A stretch of DNA of 63,016 nucleotides, filler included, from Octopus bimaculoides (Eukaryota), in NCBI RefSeq assembly GCF_001194135.2. It is 6 parts of 6 records of this genome, joined end to end, with 100 filler letters (N's around TTAATTAATTAA, not from the genome) between each part and the next. Parts side by side here need not be neighbours in the genome. Positions count along the whole stretch, not along the records: positions 50,201 to 56,882 come from NC_068981.1; positions 56,983 to 61,401 come from NC_068995.1; 4 more parts are not named here. One strand, 5' to 3'. Under the pieces are notes generated by a model, which worked only from the letters and a program-made list of their open reading frames with translations, was not told the DNA's origin and made no database searches. Of this stretch, positions 50,251-61,025 are shown in pieces (within the stretch, counting starts at the first letter, position 1; every line of letters begins with the position of its first letter). A program made the translations under genes and the position numbers.

Positions 50251-51241
50251 GTATGTATGTATGTATGTTTGTATGTGTGTATGTACACACACATACACAC
50301 ATACATATATGCATATATATTAATATATATAAGTATAGGTAAGTTAGAAGGGATCTCTTCAAACATTTGCAGTTTTACCCACAGTTAAGTTCTCAAAAAT
50401 TTTTTAATCGCAACAATTAGTATATAAATTCTGTTATAATTCATATTTGATAAGAATTCATAGATGTATTCTGTTGGGTTATTCCAAATAGATAACATTT
50501 AGCCAAATAGGTGCCCTGGAGTTTTTAATATAAATAATAATAATAAGGTGTATGATAAAGTATCATTTCCTGAGTTTTAATTTAAATTTTGATTTAAATA
50601 CTGCTTTCTATTAACCAACATATGTTCCACTTCATCGTTTCGTAACTGTTGCATTTGCAACTTTGCTATAAAACCCATGTAGTTTCTGCAGGGTATTCAC
50701 TGTAATATCCTTTCAGACTGAACTGGTTAGAGTTGTTCTGGAAACATATGTAGGTCAATGTTAAGCTGTATTTAGATTAAAGTATAATGTATGCGGGTAT
50801 ATGTATGTATATATACCCGCACATACATACATACATACATACATACATACATACACGCACACATATACACGTAAATACATGTATGTATACACATACATGT
50901 ATATATACGTGTGTATAAATACCCATCAACGACCCAAACTTATGTGTTTAACTCGACTTTTCCTTAACTCTAAACGTGTTCCTTTAAAAACGTCTGGGCC
51001 GCCAACCTGTGTAATGATAGCACCTGTAGTAGTACGAGTAGTGGTGATGTTGTAGCTGTTTTAGTTTTTGTATTTGTTGTTTTTATTGGTTCTTTGCTGC
51101 TTTATTGCGGTTGTTGGTAGTCACCTCAGTAGTGGTGGCCATCTGGATAATGTTAGAAATGTTAGTATTATGGAAATCTAGCTGCGCCTTGGATAACTCC
51201 GATCGGGTACCTACGATTGAAGTAGAAGTGGTATATTAGTT

Positions 51242-51274
<33 letters not shown>

Positions 51275-51836
51275 ATAGTAGTAGTAGTAGTAGTAGTGGG
51301 TGTTGTTGTTGTGGTGGTGGTGGTAGTGATGGTTGTAGCGATAGTAATAGTAGTGGCGGTTGTAGTAGGTGCTGTGGTATTGTTGGCGATGTTGGTAGTC
51401 TTATTGTAGTAGTAGTAGTAGTAGTAGTAGTGGCTGGTGGTGGTAGCGGTGGTAATGGTGACGATGGTGGGCTGCGGCTGCTACAAGTAATAGTAGTAGT
51501 AGTAGTCGTAGTAGTTGTAGTAGTGGTAGTTGTAGTAGTTCTAATGGTGGTGGTATTTGTTGGTGTAGCGAAATGTTATGGTTAAAGTTAATGTTTTTGT
51601 TGCGTTTTAAACTGAAAGCAATCCTCTCCGATTTACGGAGAAGTGGACACCATGGTGCCAAACCTGATCAGATCTGTGGGAGAAGAGTAACTTTAGACGG
51701 TTTAATGAAAGGCGGGGGAGTGGTGGGGGTGGCGTTAGTATTGTTGTTGTTGTTGCTGGTGGTGGTCGTCGTCGTCGTCGTATAAGGAAAGAGGGGTGCT
51801 GTATTGGTGGTAGTGGCGTTAGTGGTGGTTGTAACG

Positions 51837-51882
<46 letters not shown>

Positions 51883-52193
51883 AGTAAAAATAAATACAAA
51901 AAAGGTGTTTTTTTTTTGTATGATTGTGTATAGAGGAATATATTATTTTGCTTAAAAGAGTTCCAACACTGTCTGTTTTTTATGTTTTATTTATATTCCT
52001 GCAGAACTAATGTGGGGTATAGAATATGGAATATACAATATATAATATGATATACAATATACAATATAAAATAAAATAAAATAAAAATGGATGGCACCAT
52101 GAAAGAAAGTATTGAATGTAGATGAAATATTGAGTGTTCAATATAAAGGATCAAATATATAAATATATAAATATAAATATATATATATATAAA

Positions 52194-52233
52194 GGCAACT
52201 CGAGTTTCAGGGCTATTTCCCTTCGTCATGGCC
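52194..52233 (-). ncRNA. Near-canonical minimal type-I hammerhead ribozyme-like motif
   Basis: GGC-C(A)UGACGA-AGGG(AAAUAG)CCCU-GAA-ACUCGAGU-U-GCC. 3-bp stem I, 4-bp stem II, 8-nt palindromic stem III, GUU triplet; one extra A in the core. Confidence 0.5.
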
Positions 52234-52562
52234 GGTATGACAGACTTTAACAGACTGTGTTATATATATATATATATATACACATAGATATACATAAATA
52301 TGGTGGCGGTTTTGGTAGTGCTGATGTTTAGAGTGTTGGTGGTAGGGGTAGTGGCCGTAATGGTGGTATTGGTGTCGGTGGAGACGGTGGTGCACGTCAT
52401 GGGAATGATGGCGTTTTTGGCTGTACAGTAACCCCTCGACTGTCGAGGGTGTTACGTTTCAAAACCACCCACAGGAATAATTAAAATCTAAAAGAAAATA
52501 TCAATACCTAATGGCCGCGGAAACCCGCGATATACTGAGGAATCCGCGATATAAGTTTACAT

Positions 52563-52870
52563 ATAGCCTCTACTATAGCTTCGGGCCGACCAAAGCCTTG
52601 TGAGTGGATTTGGTAGACGGAAACTGAAAGAAGCCCGTCGTATATATGTATATATAGATGTATGTGTATTTGTGTGTCTGTGTTTGTCCCCCCAACATCG
52701 CTTGACAACCGATAGTGGTGTGCTTATGTCCCCGTCAGCTAGCGGTTCGGCAAAAGAGACCGATACAATAAGTACTAGGCTTACAAAGAATAAGTCCTGG
52801 GGTCGATTTGCTCGACAAAAGGTGATGCTCCACATGGCCGCAGTCAAATGACTGAAACAAGTAAAAGAGT
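52563..52870 (+). mobile_element. CORE-type SINE with internal microsatellite
   Basis: CTCTACTATAGCTTCGGGCCGACCAAAGCCTTGTGAGTGGATTTGGTAGACGGAAACTGAAAGAAGCCCGTCG...GACTGAAACAAGTAAAAGAG. Confidence 0.88.
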
Positions 52871-53040
52871 ATATATTAACAAGAAAAATCCACGATGTAC
52901 TAAGTGCGCGACAGGTGAACCGCGATATCGATATGTGAGTGTGACTCACTTTGGTTTGAGTAATAGAATGTGAGTGCACATTATATTGAGTTTCGCTCTG
53001 TTTGAGATCATTATCGATAGTTCAATACTTCTGTATCTAC

Positions 53041-53255
53041 TAAAGCGGCGAGCTGGCAGAAACGTTAGCATACCGGGCGAAATGTTTAGCGGCATTTCGT
53101 CTGCCGCTACGTTCTGAGTTCAAATTCCGCCGAGGTGGACTTTACCATTCATCCTTTCGGAGTTGATAAAATAAATACCAGTTGAACACTGGGTTCGATT
53201 TTATCGACTTATCCCGTCCCCCAAAATTGCTAGCCTTGTGCTAAAATTTGAAGCC
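53041..53255 (+). mobile_element. tRNA-derived SINE, family A
   Basis: GCGGCGAGCTGGCAGAAACGTTAGCATACCGGGCG...GAGTTCAAATTCCGCCGAGG. Confidence 0.88.
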
Positions 53256-54074
53256 AATATTTCTGTACCAGCTGATTACTTTACCAGGTGTCCAAGGAGA
53301 AGGATTTTGTTATGAAACCAATGATTCAATGGTTCCTTGTTTGGTTCCTGGTTTTTCCATCAAATCTATCTATCTATCTATCTATCTGTCTGTCTGTCTA
53401 TCTCTCTGTCTGTCTGTCTGTCTGTGTGTCTGTCTTTCCCTCCACATTGTACTCTTCCCGTTTCTCTCCCTACTCCACACTATATGTCCTCCTCTACCTG
53501 CACCTCCAGTGACGCAATATAATATCCACTACCATAGTAATAATTTAACTCAGGTAAACCAGCCAACATGGAAGCATCAACGTGGTCACAGCATCTGCTA
53601 GAAGTAGTGAGCGCACCTCCCTCAAACCACACGTTACTGCCTTAGAAAAGGATACGCAGAATAATGTTTCTGCCTTTCTTACGCATAGGGAAGAGGCAGG
53701 ATGGTCACAGCTAGAATGTCTGGGGTCATAGACCTACCGTCCAACTCTGACTAGAGACTAAACAACAACAACAACAACAACAACAGCAGCAACCTCAGTT
53801 AGAATTGAACTTCTGGAGTTTGTTTTTCCAGGCATTCTTAGTTTATAAATTCAAAACGAAAACGTCATTGCTTTGTCGATTCTCACTGGCCATTCTTCGG
53901 TTGGAATCTTCATACGATAAAAGGTAATACAAAGTCTAGTGAAGGTTCTTAGTAAATTCTGGTTTGGTCTGGTATGGTTCGGTCGTGCCAAGATTGGTCC
54001 GGTCTCATCACTATCTCGGCTTGATTTAATCTGCTCAATCCAATTTTAATCTTAAACGAGAGATATCATTTGTT

Positions 54075-54123
<49 letters not shown>

Positions 54124-54715
54124 NNNNNNNNNNNNNNNNNNNNNNNNNNNNNNNNNNNNNNNNNNNNNNNNNNNNNNNNNNNNNNNNNNNNNNNNNNNNN
54201 NNNNNNNNNNNNNNNNNNNNNNNNNNNNNNNNNNNNNNNNNNNNNNNNNNNNNNNNNNNNNNNNNNNNNNNNNNNNNNNNNNNNNNNNNNNNNNNNNNNN
54301 NNNNNNNNNNNNNNNNNNNNNNNNNNNNNNNNNNNNNNNNNNNNNNNNNNNNNNNNNNNNNNNNNNNNNNNNNNNNNNNNTATATATATATATATATGAG
54401 TGTATGCGTATGTCTGTATATGCGTGTGTGCGGTACTTATGTGTATATGTGTATAGCGCATCAACGTATGTGCGTATGTATACACATATTGTGAAAGAAT
54501 GATTATGGTGTGCTCATGTGTGTATTTTTCCCAGAGTGTTTTCGCGAATGCACACGCACATATGCGTATGTGCGGATGTGTGTATTAGTGTAGGTGGGTG
54601 TATGTATACATGTGTTTGGTGTGTATTTTTGGTATTGTGCTGATGTCGAAATTTACGCGTGTTTGTGTGCCTGTGTGTTATATATATATATTATAAATAC
54701 ACAGACACACGCACA

Positions 54716-54765
<50 letters not shown>

Positions 54766-54977
54766 GTTTAGATGTGTATTTAGATGTACAGGTGTGCGTA
54801 TATATATATAATATATATATATAAATGTATATATATGTATATATAAATATATATATACACATATATATGTATATATATAAATATATATATTTATATATAC
54901 ATATATATGTATATATATATATATACTTACATACATATAGATATATACTTCTATGTATACATATATATGCATATATA

Positions 54978-55010
<33 letters not shown>

Positions 55011-55844
55011 GTGTATATNNNNNNNNNNNNNNNNNNNNNNNNNNNNNNNNNNNNNNNNNNNNNNNNNNNNNNNNNNNNNNNNNNNNNNNNNNNNNNNNNN
55101 NNNNNNNNNNNNNNNNNNNNNNNNNNNNNNNNNNNNNNNNNNNNNNNNNNNNNNNNNNNNNNNNNNNNNNNNNNNNNNNNNNNNNNNNNNNNNNNNNNNN
55201 NNNNNNNNNNNNNNNNNNNNNNNNNNNNNNNNNNNNNNNNNNNNNNNNNNNNNNNNNNNNNNNNNNNNNNNNNNNNNNNNNNNNNNNNNNNNNNNNNNNN
55301 NNNNNNNNNNNNNNNNNNNNNNNNNNNNNNNNNNNNNNNNNNNNNNNNNNNNNNNNNNNNNNNNNNNNNNNNNNNNNNNNNNNNNNNNNNNNNNNNNNNN
55401 NNNNNNNNNNNNNNNNNNNNNNNNNNNNNNNNNNNNNNNNNNNNNNNNNNNNNNNNNNNNNNNNNNNNNNNNNNNNNNNNNNNNNNNNNNNNNNNNNNNN
55501 NNNNNNNNNNNNNNNNNNNNNNNNNNNNNNNNNNNNNNNNNNNNNNNNNNNNNNNNNNNNNNNNNNNNNNNNNNNNNNNNNNNNNNNNNNNNNNNNNNNC
55601 TACTACTGCTGCTACTACTACTACTACTACTGCTGCTACTGCCGCTGAAATTGAAACCGACAAATTATATCAACAATTTGGAAAAAAAAATAACAAAGGA
55701 ACGTGGTTTCCTCGAACAAGGAAGATCTGATACCCCTCGTTAGTGATTTAATAAAATATGCATATTTATCAGTTATTTATTCATTATTTTATTAAAACAT
55801 TCATCAGGACTTTCGTATGATTATTATAATATTTAATTATTGAG

Positions 55845-56045
55845 CTAGCGGAATCGTTAGCACGCCGGACGAAATGCTTAGCAGTATTTCGTCCGTCTTC
55901 ACGTTCTCATTTCAAATTCCACCGAGGTCGACTTTGCCTTTCATCCTTTCGGGTTCGATAAAATAAGTACCAGTGAAACACTAGGGTCGATATAATCGAC
56001 TTTCCCCATTCAAAAAATTCAGGCCTTGTGTCTATAATAGAAAAG
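55845..56045 (+). mobile_element. tRNA-derived SINE, family A
   Basis: GAGCTAGCGGAATCGTTAGCACGCCGGACG...GAGGTCGACTTTGCCTTTCATCCTTTCGGG. Confidence 0.85.
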
Positions 56046-56058
56046 ATTATTATTATTA

Positions 56059-56090
<32 letters not shown>

Positions 56091-56595
56091 TCTCCTCATC
56101 ACAGGTTTTGTTGGAACTTCTGGAGTCTTACTACCTACAGTCTATGGTACCATACTATTGGCTCTTTTCAACTATCTAACGCTTTCCTGATTATTCTGGT
56201 CATGCCAAGGAGGCAAACCTTTTGTAACAGTTCTACTGAACATTCTATTCCAATTTCCTTTGTACTCCATTCTCCTTGATGCATTCTGATACTGTTCCCA
56301 AGAAACCAACAATAATTGGCACCAGCTTCACCATTTTTCATTTTCCAAAGCCAGACTATTTCCTACTTAAGAGGGTTGTATTTACCAACATTCTCCGCCT
56401 TCCTTATTGACGATTTTTGGGTCAAAGGCGAATGAGACACCAGTTATGTATCATATGTGGTACACGTTGTCCCCCACCACTATACCCGGTCTGTTATGCT
56501 CTAGCACCTGATCTGTTTGGACTGGGAAATCCCAGAAGACTTTGCTAGTCTCCGACTCTACCACTCTCTGCAGTTTGTGTTCATACCACGTCAAC
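56045..56595 (-). mobile_element. 3' end of an RLE-LINE (R4/Dong-like) with 3' UTR and (AAT)n tail
   Basis: WYEHKLQRVVESETSKVFWDFPVQTDQVLEHNRP.IVV...KYNPLK*EI..LWKM...LVPIIVG.LGTV...ELLQKVCLLG..RIIRKAL*, then a short UTR and (AAT)n at ~56048-56090. Confidence 0.88.
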
Positions 56596-56611
56596 ATTAT
56601 GATACGTGTGC

Positions 56612-56850
56612 GAAGGCAGCGAGCTGGCAGAAACGTTAGCACGCCGGACGAAATTAAATGCTTAGCGGTATTTCGTCTGCCGTTACGTTCTGAGTTCAAA
56701 TTCCTCCGAGGTCAACTTTACCTTTTATCCTTTCGGGGTCGATAAATTAAGTACCAGTTACGCACTGGAGTTGATGCAATCGACTTAATCTCTTTGTCTG
56801 TCCTTGTTTGTACTCTCTATGTTTAGCTCTTTGTGGGCAATAAAGAAATA
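56612..56850 (+). mobile_element. tRNA-derived SINE, family A
   Basis: AAGGCAGCGAGCTGGCAGAAACGTTAGCACGCCGGACG...GGGCAATAAAGAAATA. Confidence 0.88.
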
Positions 56851-57273
56851 CGAAACGCAAGTACTCCGGACAAAATGCTTAGNNNNNNNNNNNNNNNNNN
56901 NNNNNNNNNNNNNNNNNNNNNNNNNNTTAATTAATTAANNNNNNNNNNNNNNNNNNNNNNNNNNNNNNNNNNNNNNNNNNNNTATATATATAAAAATAAC
57001 GTCGACCACTAACGTGGACAATTAATGCGCTAGAAATAGATCACATCTCGTGTCTATTAAGACCTAAATTGTTCTCAACATGAAATATAGCAGCATACCA
57101 AAAACGTGAGCGGGCAAGACATTTAAAATCACCTAAAAAGTCACTCTCAAACAGGGACCGGTTTCGGATTTAACAAATTCTTACCATTTGTCTATTAACA
57201 GATTTTATAATAATATATATATATATATGTTGTTGTACTTGGGGATGGTCATATTGCCAGTTTAGCCAATATG

Positions 57274-57304
<31 letters not shown>

Positions 57305-57348
57305 GCATGTATGTATGTATGTATATATGTATGCTTTTTCAGAACGAT

Positions 57349-57650
57349 TCTCGAAGTACATATAATGCTAAAATATTACTAATCAAGCACTGGGTTGAAA
57401 AATCCCTCTCCAATACAGAAAGCCGAAGACCGCCCGAGGGAATCAGACCAACATACCACGTAGACATTATATGTGTTCCACTATTGTACCAAAGAAATTC
57501 GTCGAATTCCTCTGTCCATTTTCGGAACTTTAATCTTCCCAGCGAGAATTGTATCTTGTTGACGATATAAGAAATTATAAAACTCCGAGAAAACGTGAGA
57601 TAATTACATTTTTTGCATGCTATTATTTTAGCCTTATGTGTACTTCGAGA
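57349..57650. mobile_element. MITE-like 302-bp segment bounded by ~31-bp inverted repeats
   Basis: TCTCGAAGTACATATAATGCTAAAATATTA vs (rc) TCTCGAAGTACACATAAGGCTAAAATAATA. No TSD seen. Confidence 0.55.
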
Positions 57651-57729
57651 CACAATTCCCAAAACAAATTGCTCCAATTTCAATCGAAGGTTTAGAATTT
57701 CTTATGATGTTAATAAATTTTCATACATG

Positions 57730-57958
57730 AGGCGGCAAGCTAGAAACGTTAGAACGCCGGGCGAAATGCTTAGCGGTATTTTGGCTGTCTTTACGTTCTG
57801 AGTTCAAATTCCATCGAGGTCGACTTTGCCGTTCATCATTTCGGGGTTGATTAAATAAATACCAGTTATACACTAGGATTGATGCAATCGATTTAATCTC
57901 TTTGTCTGTCCCTGTTTGCCCCCTCTATATTTAGCCCCCAGTGGGCAATAAAGAAATA
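57730..57958 (+). mobile_element. tRNA-derived SINE, family A
   Basis: GAGGCGGCAAGCTAGAAACGTTAGAACGCCGGGCG...GGGCAATAAAGAAATAAA. Confidence 0.88.
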
Positions 57959-57983
57959 AATATCTTTACATACATATGCATGT

Positions 57984-58032
<49 letters not shown>

Positions 58033-59169
58033 TAAGTAAGCTCAGAAATGCAAAACAAGGTGGAAAAAATAGTACTCGAAGACCAAAGGTAGAGTGAAAT
58101 NNNNNNNNNNNNNNNNNNNNNNNNNNNNNNNNNNNNNNNNNNNNNNNNNNNNNNNNNNNNNNNNNNNNNNNNNNNNNNNNNNNNNNNNNNNNNNNNNNNN
58201 NNNNNNNNNNNNNNNNNNNNNNNNNNNNNNNNNNNNNNNNNNNNNNNNNNNNNNNNNNNNNNNNNNNNNNNNNNNNNNNNNNNNNNNNNNNNNNNNNNNN
58301 NNNNNNNNNNNNNNNNNNNNNNNNNNNNNNNNNNNNNNNNNNNNNNNNNNNNNNNNNNNNNNNNNNNNNNNNNNNNNNNNNNNNNNNNNNNNNNNNNNNN
58401 NNNNAATGAGTACAAAAAATGATATAAATATATCCTGATAAAAAGAAAATTAAAAGGAAAAAAAAGGAAAAGTAAGAAACAGAAAAGCAAAGTTATTGTG
58501 GGACAGAAGATGGACGAGTGAAGGAGGAGGAAAAAAGACGGTGATTTATTTTAAAGAAGATGGGGTGTGAAGAGGTATGAAAAGACGAAGTAGAACATTA
58601 TATATTATTTATATTTATATACAATGGGCTTTTTTCAGTTTCTATCAAGCACATCTACTCACAAGGCTTTTGTCGACGCGAGGCTGTAAAAGAAGTCACT
58701 TGCTCAGACAGTGACAGACGAGCAGACGAGCAGACGAGCAGACGAGTAGGTAGACAGTCAGACATGCAGGCAAGCAGGCAGATCGACAGAGAGTGAGACG
58801 AAAGTAGCGGGTCATATGTGTCTTTATTGAAAAATTGATTTCTGTTTTAAATGTGAACTGCTAATACAAAATATTTGAAGTTATATTCGTACACATTTGC
58901 AGCACTGGACAGCAGGAAACCTTCCGACAGCTTGCTGAACCTCACCTCCTTGGCTGCTGTATTGGTAGACCAAGGAAACTAAAACCTTCTCATTTTCGCA
59001 GGTGCATACATCACAGTCAGTCGTTTGTCTGTAGAAAATACAATTCACGTACACGTACATGTAGTGGCAGAAGGTGCATGCGTATATGTAAATATAAATA
59101 AGAGATAGTGTATGTAGTGTTAAGGAGGGGGTCGACACCTTTGAGAGAGCGCGTATTCTGCATAAAATG

Positions 59170-60241
59170 TGTGGAACGACCGTGCGAACCAAGGAAAATG
59201 GTGACGAATTGAACGGCTCCTTTTAACGCGTCGCACGGTCGACATAAATATAACATAAACGAACTCACGTGTGAATGTGAGGAAGTGCCAACAAGGAAAA
59301 GAGAGAGACACAACCGGTAAAGACGAATATAGAGAAAGTTTTATTAGAGCATTAAACTGTATGTCTGTGCGTGAGTGAATGTGGCATAATAACACAATAT
59401 ATGACAAGCCGTCGTGTAAACAAAAGAGTGTATGTATACAAATATGTGCATGTGAATGCAACAGCATACAGAGCATAGAAAAGAGTCTGTAACAAGGACG
59501 TTCAGCGTCCTGAACACAAGGATAAGAAATACTAGTTCTCAGTTAAGGTACACAGTAAATTGAAAGTCTGTATATAAGAGGTTGTGACGTCGAGGCAGAG
59601 CTAAGTCACATGTCGTGAAGTTGAGGCTTCTATGCCGAGCCGGTTACTTGATACAGGGGTTTCTCGCAGGTGTTGAATTCTGGCTGTTATTTCGTGATAA
59701 AACAATTCACACAAACAGTGTTGAGAGAAGCTGCGGTTGCTGTTGGTAGCTTGTGTACGTAGAAACGTCGTGTTGACGTTGGCGACGAAGCTTGTAGTAA
59801 ACAGTTGAACGGTGGTGTTGATGTCGTCGCTGGAAACTGGCTGGTTGGTGTTACGTGGTCAACGGCCAGACCTTAGAAGGTCTGAAGCCGCGACAAGCTG
59901 GCGTGGATAAAACAGGCTATTTTATAGGAATAAATTGGCTCCAGAAGCATCAGAAAACACTCTCTCACGTGACCTTGTCAGAAGGCCACGATTGGTTGGT
60001 GTGCATCCTGGCGCGAAATAGAACCAGAGACAAATGCCGCGCAAACAGCCAATCAGGGTGACGGACACAGCAGGGTCCAAGGCCGGTCCAAGGCAGGCCG
60101 GTCCAAGGCAGGCCGGTCCAAGGCAGGCCGGTCCAAGGCAGGCCGGTCCAAGGCAGGCCGGTCCAAGGCAGGCCGAAGGCCAGCTGTTACCCGCTACGTC
60201 CGCATTTACAAATATACAACCGAGATAGAAGCTTCGCTACA
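59170..60241 (-). mobile_element. Probable solo LTR (1072 bp)
   Basis: TGT...ACA termini (TGTGG / rc TGTAG) with 4-bp TSD AATG at 59166-59169 and 60242-60245. On the minus strand, in order: 15-bp tandem array, CCAAT boxes, E-box CACGTG (59966-59971), TATAAAA (59920-59926), AATAAA (59340-59345). CpG-rich compared with its flanks. Confidence 0.62.
60074..60174. repeat. Minisatellite: six perfect copies of GGTCCAAGGCAGGCC plus one partial
   Basis: Direct reading (60085-60174). It produces the AGPRQ repeat in ORF 60034..60228. Confidence 0.95.
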
Positions 60242-60857
60242 AATGCATCAAGTAGTCAATGCATGCCAATTTCTTTCACTTTTCAATGAGTAGCAGACGA
60301 GCAACTTTCTTTCCATACAGACACAGCACAGGCTACGCTTTCAGATTTGGGAAATAAAGTTTTCAGAAATAGCCCAATAGGTTTACCATTAATTCCATGA
60401 AATATTCACGGGTCCCGCTAGTATAAAATAAAAATAGTAACAGAATTCAAGAAAAATACTCACTTGCATTGACTTGTATAGTAAAATTGTTTCAGATTTT
60501 GGTATTGTGCAATGTCTCGCATATTTCCTGTGATGTCTTCCATTTGAATCGGAGTTGTCCAAGAAACATTTCTTGAAAATACAATATATTCTAAATATAT
60601 AGTAAATGATGCTCTTACATAAAAATTTATTCAAAATTTAATAATTCCCCTCCAAACATGCTCCTAGCAAATTACCAAAGAATAAAGAGACATGACGTTC
60701 AAATTACAGATTGTAAAGTAGAGAAGAAAGCTAAGCATTTGAGTTGTTTAGTACGGCACTGAAAAGTTTAGCATCAAAATCATGTCTGTTTTGAATACTG
60801 GAATAACGTGTAGCCAAAACCATACCCCTAATTATATGGCATCTCTTTTATTTAAGA

Positions 60858-61025
60858 TTAGCGAGCAAGCAGAATCGTTCGCACGCTGGACGAAATGCTT
60901 AATCCGTCGCTACGTTCTGAGTTCAAATTCTGCTGACTTTAATCTTTTCGGGGGTCAATAAATTAAGTACCAGTGAAACATGGGGTCGATGTAATCGACC
61001 AGCCCTCTCCCCACGAATTTCAGGT
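60858..61025 (+). mobile_element. tRNA-derived SINE, family A (internally deleted)
   Basis: GCAGAATCGTTCGCACGCTGGACGAAATGCTT...GAGTTCAAATTC...GGGGTCAATAAATTAAGTACCAG. Confidence 0.8.

Noticed and set aside
57339-57683. 114-aa minus-strand ORF as a host gene
   Set aside because: It coincides with the inverted-repeat-bounded MITE-like segment and has no recognisable motif.
60074-60174. CRISPR-like array
   Set aside because: Contiguous repeats with no spacers, no cas genes, eukaryotic context.
60034-60228. AGPRQ-repeat ORF as a repeat protein or neuropeptide precursor
   Set aside because: It arises from a 15-bp minisatellite with no synonymous variation inside an LTR-like element, and has no signal peptide or cleavage sites.
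59113-60241. Alternative LTR boundary at 59113 (TGTAGTG / CGCTACA)
   Set aside because: Better terminal match but no TSD; the 59170 boundary gives an AATG duplication.
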